DNA of 64,000 nt from a virus: the IMG/VR virus record IMGVR_UViG_3300034954_001721. The stretch is one strand, 5' to 3'. A model generated the notes under the pieces. It ran no database searches. It saw only the letters and a list, made by a program, of their open reading frames with translations, and had not been told where the DNA came from. This document shows, one piece after another, positions 1 through 7,807 of this stretch; position 1 is the first letter of the stretch; each line of letters opens with the position of its first letter. A program made the translations under genes and the position numbers.

Positions 1-10
1 CAAAGCGATT

Positions 11-439
11 ATGGAAGAGACCAAGGTTGAAAAAATGTATGGTGTTGATCCTTACATCACAGAATCTTGGGATATGCATGGATTCTTTGACATCAATGAA
101 ACTTACGGTGGATTTGATGGTCTCTATGAGGAGGTGTGTGATATGTTAAGTCCTTATGGTGACCGTGTGGAAATGGTACGTAAGAAGTCTATAGATGCAG
201 CTCCCGACTTTGAAGATGGGTGTCTTGACTTTGTATTCATTGATGCTTTCCATGATTATGAGAATTGTAACAATGATATTGCTTTCTGGCATCATCGTGT
301 TCGTGAGGGTGGATATGTAATGGGTCACGATTGGGATCACGGTTCTCACCCTGGAGTTCAACAGGCAGTTGTTGAGCACTATGGTGATAAAGTCACAGGA
401 ATTTCTAGTCCTGTTCATGTTTGGTATATTCAGGTATGA
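11..439 (+). CDS. Class I SAM-dependent methyltransferase (Methyltransf_24-like), probably 5'-truncated by the window edge
   Basis: YGVDPY, DFVFIDAFHDYE, REGGYVMGHD motifs; frame is open to the window start. Confidence 0.75.
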   Translation: MEETKVEKMYGVDPYITESWDMHGFFDINETYGGFDGLYEEVCDMLSPYGDRVEMVRKKSIDAAPDFEDGCLDFVFIDAFHDYENCNNDIAFWHHRVREGGYVMGHDWDHGSHPGVQQAVVEHYGDKVTGISSPVHVWYIQV

Positions 440-1134
440 AAATTTGCATCTTGACTATCGCCACAAACAAATATATTCAGTTTGTTGAGCGACTTCTTAA
501 TAATATTGAAGAAAACTTTTTGAACGGTCACGAGATTCAGTGCCTTCTCTTTACAGACCATGAGATTGAAGAGTCTTCTGACAATGTAAAGATTAGTCAG
601 ATTGACCATGAACCTTGGCCAATGCCTACTCTGAAAAGGTATAATTACTTTATGAAGGAGAAGGAGTTCATCTCTCAGTTTGATTACTGCTATTACTTTG
701 ATGTAGATATGGGTATTGTGGATAAGGTTGGTGATGAAGTATTGAGTGACCTGGTTGCCACGAAACATCCATATCAATCTTTCCATTCCCCTGCACAACA
801 ATCATTTTGTAGGGATGAAAGATCTCTTGCGTATGTTCCTTTTGATCAAAAAACAGTAACTTACTACGCTGGTGGATTTAATGGTGGATCTGCAGAAAAG
901 TTTCTTGAAATGTCAGAAGTTCTTGCTGATAGAGTCACCAAAGATCTTAAAAAGGGTGTCATCGCAACTTGGCATGACGAAAGTCATATGAATCGATACC
1001 TGATTGATAATCCACCTACATTAAGTTTGACACCATCCTATTGTTTTGCTGAAGAGTTTATGGGTAATCCTGACTATCCATATGAACCCAAAATCGTTGC
1101 GTTGAAAAAGAATCACGATGAACTTAGATCTTAG
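436..1134 (+). CDS. Glycosyltransferase family 6
   Basis: IATNKY, FTD, YFDVD, YYAGGFNGG, WHDESHMNRY motifs typical of GT6; ATGA overlap with the upstream stop. Confidence 0.85.
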   Translation: MKICILTIATNKYIQFVERLLNNIEENFLNGHEIQCLLFTDHEIEESSDNVKISQIDHEPWPMPTLKRYNYFMKEKEFISQFDYCYYFDVDMGIVDKVGDEVLSDLVATKHPYQSFHSPAQQSFCRDERSLAYVPFDQKTVTYYAGGFNGGSAEKFLEMSEVLADRVTKDLKKGVIATWHDESHMNRYLIDNPPTLSLTPSYCFAEEFMGNPDYPYEPKIVALKKNHDELRS

Positions 1135-1768
1135 AGAAGTACCTTTTTACTATATCAATCTAGACAGACAACCTGAAAGAAAGGAGAGGATGGAAGAACT
1201 TCTGTCCTCTCTTGACATTGAGAATTACTCAAGAATAAAAGCAACTACCCATAGTAATGGTTTTGCTGGTTGTGCTAGAACTGTTGCTGACTTTTTGAAA
1301 GAAAACAAAGGACCATTTGTTCTTTTGGAAGATGATATTGCATTGAAAAACTGGGAACCCATCATTGATATTCCTGATGATGCAGATGCTTTTTATCTTG
1401 GCATCTCTGGTTGGGGTAGAATGAACGGACACTCTGGTCCTTGCGTTCAGCATGAAGACATGGGTGACAATGTAGTAAGGATTAGAAATATGTTGAGCGG
1501 GCACGCTGTTCTATATCTGACACAAGAGTGGATTGATATGGCACAGAAAGCGTGTAGTTTTGCTGGATATGAGATTGAGAGTTACTATGATGTTCAGGTC
1601 GCTGAAGTGATGCGATTCTTTAATGTCTATGCATTTGATGACCCATACTTCTATCAGACAAGTTCTGACGGAAATCAAACTGTGACCTATAATAAGTTGT
1701 CCGAACAACAGTCTATTGAAATCTTCCAACCAATCAAGCAGTTGTTCTTACCTGAGCGTGTTAATTAA
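1118..1768 (+). CDS. GT25-like glycosyltransferase
   Basis: YYINLDRQPERKERM, GC, LLEDD motifs. Confidence 0.65.
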   Translation: MNLDLREVPFYYINLDRQPERKERMEELLSSLDIENYSRIKATTHSNGFAGCARTVADFLKENKGPFVLLEDDIALKNWEPIIDIPDDADAFYLGISGWGRMNGHSGPCVQHEDMGDNVVRIRNMLSGHAVLYLTQEWIDMAQKACSFAGYEIESYYDVQVAEVMRFFNVYAFDDPYFYQTSSDGNQTVTYNKLSEQQSIEIFQPIKQLFLPERVN

Positions 1769-2715
1769 TGATTATATCTTCCTGCCCTCTTCGTGTTTCT
1801 CTCTTTGGAGGTTCTACTGATAATCCATTCTTCGTCAAGAAATATGGATATGGTTCTGTAATTAGTTTTACATCTAATCTTAAAACCTATGTGACGATTA
1901 GTCAGGATAAGTTTGGATTTAATAAAGACCAACACAAATACATTATCAACTATTCACGTAGAGAAGAGGTGAGTAGTGTTTCTGAAATCAAGAACGATGT
2001 AGTTAGAGTTGTTCTTGAATATTTCAAGATGCCACCAGTGCAGGTAACCCTGACAAGTGATGCTTACTCGCAAGGTAGCGGGTTGGCATCTTCGTCGTCT
2101 TATATCATTAGTCTTATCAAAGCATGTTGCATCTTTAAGAAAGTAGATATGACTTCTGAGTCTATCTGTAAGTTGTCACACGAACTTGAATTGACATTCA
2201 ATCCTTACTGTGGATATCAAGATCCATATGGATGTGGTATTGGTGGTTTCAAGAGAATTGAATTCTTGGAGAATGATAGAATCAGATATGAATACTTGGA
2301 CACTGATATTTTCAATCAGTATGATGTTCATCTAGTCTTTAGTGGTGTCACTAGAAACTCAAAGAAAGTTCTGAAAAACGTAACTGATAATCTGGATAAA
2401 ATCAAACCATTACTTAATACAGTTGAGAAGGCACATCAAGAAATCTTAAACTGTGACTTTATAGAATTCTTTAAACTCTTCAAAGAAGGATGGATTCAGA
2501 AGAAGAATACTTCTACGTCTATCACAGAGAATAATCGTATTAGAGAGATTGATAACTACCTTGAAATAGACCAGTCTGTTATCGCACATAAATTATGTGG
2601 AGCAGGTAATGGGGGATTTTTCTTGACATTTTCTGAAAAGAATTCTTTGACTCTTCCATATGATTCTGTTAAAATAAACGTAGTGTCTGAGGGAGTATTG
2701 GGTGAATCCATTTAG
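1768..2715 (+). CDS. hddA: GHMP kinase, heptose-7-phosphate kinase (HddA-like)
   Basis: PLRVSLFGGSTD, GSGLASSS, GYQD, KLCGAGNGGF; adjacent to gmhA. Confidence 0.8.
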   Translation: MIISSCPLRVSLFGGSTDNPFFVKKYGYGSVISFTSNLKTYVTISQDKFGFNKDQHKYIINYSRREEVSSVSEIKNDVVRVVLEYFKMPPVQVTLTSDAYSQGSGLASSSSYIISLIKACCIFKKVDMTSESICKLSHELELTFNPYCGYQDPYGCGIGGFKRIEFLENDRIRYEYLDTDIFNQYDVHLVFSGVTRNSKKVLKNVTDNLDKIKPLLNTVEKAHQEILNCDFIEFFKLFKEGWIQKKNTSTSITENNRIREIDNYLEIDQSVIAHKLCGAGNGGFFLTFSEKNSLTLPYDSVKINVVSEGVLGESI

Positions 2716-3205
2716 TGAATACGTGGATGCTCTTAAATGCGCTCACATGGAATGTGAGTTTCAAAAATTTAAGGAAGCATTTGATAATCATAAAAGAATC
2801 ATCGTCTTGGGAAATGGTGGTAGTAACTCCGTTGCATCACACATCTCTCAGGATTATATGAAGTTTGGTAAGAAGAGGGTATCTATCTTTTCCGATCCGT
2901 CAATGCTTACGATGCTTGCTAACGACTTTGGATATGAGAACGCATATCTAAAGTTTTTGGAGTATCATGTAGAAGATGATACTCTCGTTATTCTAATGAG
3001 TTCTGGTGGTGAGTCTGAGAATATCATTAAGTGTCAGAAGTATTGTGAGGATAATAAAATTGACTATGGCGTTCTTACAGGATTCCTATCAAACAACAGA
3101 TTGAAAACTAGATCTAAGAGTGCTGTATTTAACTATCATATAGACAGTGAGTCTTATGGTGTGGTAGAATGTGTCCATCAGATTTTCCTCCATGGAGTTG
3201 TATGA
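2702..3205 (+). CDS. gmhA: SIS-domain phosphoheptose isomerase (GmhA-like)
   Basis: GNGGSNSVASH, ANDFGYE, SSGGESENI, YGVVECVH. Confidence 0.8.
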   Translation: MNPFSEYVDALKCAHMECEFQKFKEAFDNHKRIIVLGNGGSNSVASHISQDYMKFGKKRVSIFSDPSMLTMLANDFGYENAYLKFLEYHVEDDTLVILMSSGGESENIIKCQKYCEDNKIDYGVLTGFLSNNRLKTRSKSAVFNYHIDSESYGVVECVHQIFLHGVV

Positions 3206-3936
3206 GGTATTGTTTTGATATTGATGGCACTCTGTGCCATACACCAAACAAGGTAAATGGAAAACCTGATTATTATAATGCTATTCCTCTACCTTGGATG
3301 GTGAGAGCGGTTAATAATTTATATGACCAAGGTCATTATATTATTATGATGACTGCTCGTGGTAGAGGTTCTGGTATAGACCACACGGATTTGACACGTA
3401 ATCAGTTGGCAATGTGGGGATACAAGTATCACGAACTTGAGCCTATGTTTCACAAACCAAATGCTGATATCTTTATTGATGATAAAGGGGTTGAAGCAAG
3501 TAAGTGGGCAGCATCTCAACCAAAATTAAAAGGAATAGTTGCTGGGGCATTTGATATTATTCATCCTGGATATATTAGGATGTTTAAAGAAGCGAAATGG
3601 CATTGTAATCATTTAACAATTGCTCTTCATGATGATCCTTCAGAAGAAAGACCTCATAAACTTGCTCCAGTTCAAACTATAGATGAACGAAAAGAGATTC
3701 TGAAATCAATCATATATATTGATGATATCGTAGTATATCAAAAAGAAGAAACATTTCTGGAATACCTCAAGGACTATGATGTTAGGTTCTTAGGTGACGA
3801 TTACATGGATGGATCTTACTCTGGGAAAGAGATTCCCATTGACATCGTTTGGTTGAATAGAGGACATAATTATTCAACCACAAAACTAAAACAACAAATT
3901 CACGATTCTATTTTGGAGAAATCTAGTCATGACTAA
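3202..3936 (+). CDS. Fusion of HAD phosphatase and cytidylyltransferase-like nucleotidyltransferase
   Basis: N-terminal FDIDGT, TARG, KP..DIFIDDK; C-terminal GAFDIIHPGY, GDDY, YSTT. Confidence 0.8.
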   Translation: MRYCFDIDGTLCHTPNKVNGKPDYYNAIPLPWMVRAVNNLYDQGHYIIMMTARGRGSGIDHTDLTRNQLAMWGYKYHELEPMFHKPNADIFIDDKGVEASKWAASQPKLKGIVAGAFDIIHPGYIRMFKEAKWHCNHLTIALHDDPSEERPHKLAPVQTIDERKEILKSIIYIDDIVVYQKEETFLEYLKDYDVRFLGDDYMDGSYSGKEIPIDIVWLNRGHNYSTTKLKQQIHDSILEKSSHD

Positions 3937-4828
3937 AAGTCTGGTAACAGGTGGTGCTGGTTTTATTGGGTCTAATCTTGTAGACTATCTTGTTGAACTG
4001 GGGCACGAAGTTGTCGTTATTGATAATGAGAGTGCTGAGTCTAATGAACAATTTTACTGGAACGAAAAGGCACAGAAGTGTGTCTATGATATTCGTGACT
4101 ATGAGAACACCCGTCCTCTGTATGAAGGTGTGGATTATGTTTTCCACCTTGCTGCAGAGTCTAGGATTCAACCAGCAATTCAGAATCCTATCAATGCAAT
4201 TAGTCTGAACTCTGTTGGAACCTGTACAGTTCTTCAGTGTGCTCGTGAGGCAGGTGTGAAGCGTGTTATCTATTCTTCCACGTCATCTGCATATGGTATG
4301 AATGAAGCACCTAATGTTGAGACTCAACCTGATGACTGTCTGAATCCTTACTCAGTTTCTAAGTCAAATGGTGAGAAACTGTGCAAGATGTATAATGATC
4401 TGTTTGGTCTGAAGACAGTATCGTTCCGTTATTTTAATGTTTATGGTGAGCGTCAACCTATCAGAGGGCAGTATGCACCTGTTGTGGGTATCTTCTTGCG
4501 TCAACGTGCTGCAGGTGAAGCATTGACGATTGTGGGTGATGGGGAGCAGCGTAGGGACTTTACGCACGTCAGTGATGTTGTTCAGGCAAATTTTCTTGCC
4601 GCAACTACTGAAGTTGATGAAAGTGCTTTCGGACAACTTTACAACATTGGCAATGGTAAGAACTATTCGGTGAATGAACTTGCTGCAATGATTTCTGATA
4701 ACACCACTAACATTCCACCACGTATTGGTGAAGCAAGAATTTCCCTTGCAAACAATAACAAGATGAAGACCACTTTTGGTTGGAATCCACAAGTTAAACT
4801 GAGTGATTGGGTTTCTGCACAGAAATGA
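3929..4828 (+). CDS. NAD-dependent nucleotide-sugar epimerase/dehydratase
   Basis: TGGAGFIGS, YSVSK (YxxxK), RYFNVYG, RDFTHVSD. Confidence 0.9.
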   Translation: MTKSLVTGGAGFIGSNLVDYLVELGHEVVVIDNESAESNEQFYWNEKAQKCVYDIRDYENTRPLYEGVDYVFHLAAESRIQPAIQNPINAISLNSVGTCTVLQCAREAGVKRVIYSSTSSAYGMNEAPNVETQPDDCLNPYSVSKSNGEKLCKMYNDLFGLKTVSFRYFNVYGERQPIRGQYAPVVGIFLRQRAAGEALTIVGDGEQRRDFTHVSDVVQANFLAATTEVDESAFGQLYNIGNGKNYSVNELAAMISDNTTNIPPRIGEARISLANNNKMKTTFGWNPQVKLSDWVSAQK

Positions 4829-5598
4829 TTAATATTTTTACTTCCGTTGTTAATCGTCCAGAGTTTGTAGAGATTCAAAAGAAAACATTTGATAAGTTTC
4901 TGAAGGAAAAGTATCAGTTTCACGTTGTTGATGATTCTCTTGATGAATCTATCTCTGCTGAATTTAAAAAAGTTTGTGAGGAAAATGGAATCAACTACTA
5001 TAGAAAGCCTCAAGGTAATCGTAGTTTGAATGAGAGTCGTTGGAATGGTGCTCGTCATGCATGTGAGACCATTCAATGGACTTATGATACGCTAATTAAA
5101 ACAAAGTATTGTAATGACCTGGTTCTATTTCTAGACTCTGATATGTTCTTGCTAGACCATTTTAGTATGGTCGATCATATGGATGATCAAATTATGTCTG
5201 GACTCAAGCAAGTCAGAGGTAAAATTGAGTATATGTGGAATGGAATTATGTTCTTCAATATGCTTAAGATTATGGCGATTGATCCTGACCTTAATTTCTC
5301 TGATGGCGTTGTTGAAGGTGAGATGACTGATATTGGAGGACATCTCTATTACTACTTCAAGAAGAATAATATTTCTTTTAAAGATACTGGGGTAGATTAT
5401 CCAACTCATTTCAATGACTTGGACTTGCAAAAAGATACAGATGGGTTTAATATGGAACTCCATCTTGATGGTAATTTCTTACACTATCGTGCTGGCACAA
5501 ACTGGCATACTCAAAGTAGTTGGAAAGGAAACAAAGACCCTCTTGCACGTAAAGAGGAAGCATTCAATATGATTATTAAGGAAACTTTGAATGGATAA
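4825..5598 (+). CDS. Putative GT-A fold glycosyltransferase
   Basis: VVDDS and FLDSDMF (DxD), LHYRAGTNW; located in the glycan cluster. Confidence 0.55.
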   Translation: MINIFTSVVNRPEFVEIQKKTFDKFLKEKYQFHVVDDSLDESISAEFKKVCEENGINYYRKPQGNRSLNESRWNGARHACETIQWTYDTLIKTKYCNDLVLFLDSDMFLLDHFSMVDHMDDQIMSGLKQVRGKIEYMWNGIMFFNMLKIMAIDPDLNFSDGVVEGEMTDIGGHLYYYFKKNNISFKDTGVDYPTHFNDLDLQKDTDGFNMELHLDGNFLHYRAGTNWHTQSSWKGNKDPLARKEEAFNMIIKETLNG

Positions 5599-6382
5599 GA
5601 ACAAAGCAGCACACAAACTCAAAAATCTTCCACCAATCTATTGTATTAACCTTGATGATAAACCTGAAAGGTGGAAGTTTATGGAAGACCAGTTCAAGTA
5701 CTGGCAAGTAGAAAACTATACTCGTGTGTCTGCCTATGATGGTAGAGGTGATAATGACTTAGGAGAAATTCTGAAAGGGAGATATCCAGACAATATGACT
5801 TCTGGTGAGGTCGGTTGTACCACATCTCACCTCAAGGCGATTAAAATGTTTTTGGAAACAGACGCGCCCTGTGCTTTAATGATGGAGGATGATTGTGACA
5901 TATCTACCGCATTTCATTGGGGATTCACTTGGAAAGATTTTTATGCCAAGATTCCATATGATTATGATGTAATTCAATTAGCAATCATCAATCCTGCACA
6001 GATCACAGTTCAGATGCATCGTAGATTTGTCAATGACTTTTCTACTGCTTGTTATATGATTACTAGGCATCACGCAGAGAAACTTGTAAAACTTCATTGC
6101 CGTGGTGATAAGTATAAACTTGATCAGGGTGTCAAACCTCGTGCAGTTGCTGATGATCTGATTTACAACTCAGGTAATACTTTTGCTATGCCTTTGTTCC
6201 TATATCAGATTGCTTTGGGATCTGATATTCACGATATTCATATCAATGTATTCCATAAGAGTAGTTATGAGGGTCTCTGGCAGTTCTGGAGAAATCAAGC
6301 AGCAGACATTGAAAACTGGAATGAAATGTTTGATTACAACCCATATGCAGGAAGATTGCCACCTGGTTTTGAAGGCAAGTAA
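5591..6382 (+). CDS. GT25-family glycosyltransferase
   Basis: YCINLD..PERW, SAYDG, GEVGCTTSH, MEDD. Confidence 0.75.
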   Translation: MDKNKAAHKLKNLPPIYCINLDDKPERWKFMEDQFKYWQVENYTRVSAYDGRGDNDLGEILKGRYPDNMTSGEVGCTTSHLKAIKMFLETDAPCALMMEDDCDISTAFHWGFTWKDFYAKIPYDYDVIQLAIINPAQITVQMHRRFVNDFSTACYMITRHHAEKLVKLHCRGDKYKLDQGVKPRAVADDLIYNSGNTFAMPLFLYQIALGSDIHDIHINVFHKSSYEGLWQFWRNQAADIENWNEMFDYNPYAGRLPPGFEGK

Positions 6383-6398
6383 GTATAAACCACTACAC

Positions 6399-6425
6399 AG
6401 CATCTCTTGACAGGGGTGCTTTTTT
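6399..6425 (+). terminator. Intrinsic terminator of the glycan operon, overlapping the hli promoter
   Basis: AGCATCTC-ttgaca-GGGGTGCT stem followed by a T-run. Confidence 0.7.
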
Positions 6426-6435
6426 ACTATATAAT
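6407..6435 (+). promoter_or_regulatory. Sigma70-type promoter for the hli cluster
   Basis: TTGACA-17 nt-TATAAT, perfect consensus. Confidence 0.85.
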
Positions 6436-6462
6436 ATGTAAAGATTTACAACGAATTGTAAA

Positions 6463-6666
6463 ATGACTGTTACAACCAATGAGTATGGGCAACAGAATCT
6501 GTTTGCCAAAGAACCCCAAATGGTTGTTGAAAGCTACAACCGTAAGGGTCTTGAGTCTCCACAGCAGTATGCCGAGACCTATAATGGTCGCTGGGCAATG
6601 ATGGGTATCATCTCTGGATTCATCTCTTATGCTGCTACTGGCAAGTTTTTCTTCGGTATCGTTTGA
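6463..6666 (+). CDS. hli: High-light inducible protein with N-terminal extension
   Basis: AETYNGRWAMMG chlorophyll-binding helix motif; N-terminal TTNEYGQQNLFAKEP. Confidence 0.9.
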   Translation: MTVTTNEYGQQNLFAKEPQMVVESYNRKGLESPQQYAETYNGRWAMMGIISGFISYAATGKFFFGIV

Positions 6667-6752
6667 TGGCGGAGACTGTATTTACGGTTACTTCAATTGC
6701 ATTCCTAGTTTTGCTAGGATATTCTGTACAACAACTTGCTGAAACTTATTGA
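6666..6752 (+). CDS. 28-aa single-TM peptide (not in ORF track)
   Basis: MAETVFTVTSIAFLVLLGYSVQQLAETY; TGATG coupling at both ends. Confidence 0.6.
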   Translation: MAETVFTVTSIAFLVLLGYSVQQLAETY

Positions 6753-6970
6753 TGGAAAACTCCCTTCTTGAAATTCTGACTTATTATGTGATTGGTGGTG
6801 CCCTTCTGATTGGTGCTCCAGGAGTATTCTTTTTTGTTGTATTCATGTCCGCCCTTCAAAATACGAAAGGGCGTATGGTTGGATACAAAGATCACAAAAC
6901 CTATGGTGACATTTCATCTTATGAAAACTCACCTACAGATAACACAAAATTCTATCTTACACTAAAATAA
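6752..6970 (+). CDS. Small membrane protein
   Basis: One hydrophobic helix; translationally coupled to both neighbours. Confidence 0.6.
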   Translation: MENSLLEILTYYVIGGALLIGAPGVFFFVVFMSALQNTKGRMVGYKDHKTYGDISSYENSPTDNTKFYLTLK

Positions 6971-7080
6971 TGTTTAACGAAAAAGCAGAAAAACTTAATG
7001 GTCGCGCAGCAATGGTTGGTTTCGTAGCCGCCGTTGGATCCTATCTCGCCACTGGTCAAGTAATTCCAGGTTTATGGTGA
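6970..7080 (+). CDS. hli: High-light inducible protein, short 36-aa form (not in ORF track)
   Basis: MFNEKAEKLNGRAAMVGFVAAVGSYLATGQVIPGLW, AExxNGRxAM motif. Confidence 0.9.
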   Translation: MFNEKAEKLNGRAAMVGFVAAVGSYLATGQVIPGLW

Positions 7081-7214
7081 ACGAAATGTTACTCATAGCA
7101 GCTTCCATGGTAGGAGGGTTCCTCTTTGCCGCCTTATTGACTGATGGAAATGTTGATGATGACGACGATTATGGTGGAGGAATGATGATTCCTGCCTCAT
7201 CATCGAATACTTGA
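7074..7214 (+). CDS. Small TM peptide with acidic tail (not in ORF track)
   Basis: MVNEMLLIAASMVGGFLFAALLTDGNVDDDDDYGGGMMIP...; start codon uncertain. Confidence 0.55.
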   Translation: MVNEMLLIAASMVGGFLFAALLTDGNVDDDDDYGGGMMIPASSSNT

Positions 7215-7239
7215 CAAGGTATCAAATCTTCTATATAAT
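7211..7239 (+). promoter_or_regulatory. Sigma70-type promoter for petF
   Basis: TTGACA-17-TATAAT. Confidence 0.85.
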
Positions 7240-7260
7240 TCTATCTCATACACAAATTAA

Positions 7261-7551
<291 letters not shown>

Positions 7552-7584
7552 ATACATAAGTTTATATCGTAAGTATTCAATAAT

Positions 7585-7737
7585 ATGCCCAATTCAGACG
7601 CACTGTGGCAGGATATACAAAAACTCGACGATATGTACGAAGAGTTACTATGGCATCCTGATGATAAACTGGTCTTCACACATGATGGTAAGCGAATCAT
7701 CATATACAATAAAACAATAGAAGATAATCAATCTTGA
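7585..7737 (+). CDS. Small hypothetical protein, 50 aa (not in ORF track)
   Basis: MPNSDALWQDIQKLDDMYEELLWHPDDKLVFTHDG...; clean ORF filling the intergenic gap. Confidence 0.6.
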   Translation: MPNSDALWQDIQKLDDMYEELLWHPDDKLVFTHDGKRIIIYNKTIEDNQS

Positions 7738-7750
7738 TTCCCACACAAAA

Positions 7751-7778
7751 TTGACGGTTAAATACAAAAGAATATAAT
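7751..7778 (+). promoter_or_regulatory. Sigma70-type promoter for glgP
   Basis: TTGACG-16-TATAAT, followed by hairpin AAGGGCA-gcaa-TGCCCTT and a T-run. Confidence 0.6.
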
Positions 7779-7807
7779 ATAAGGGCAGCAATGCCCTTTT
7801 TTAATAG

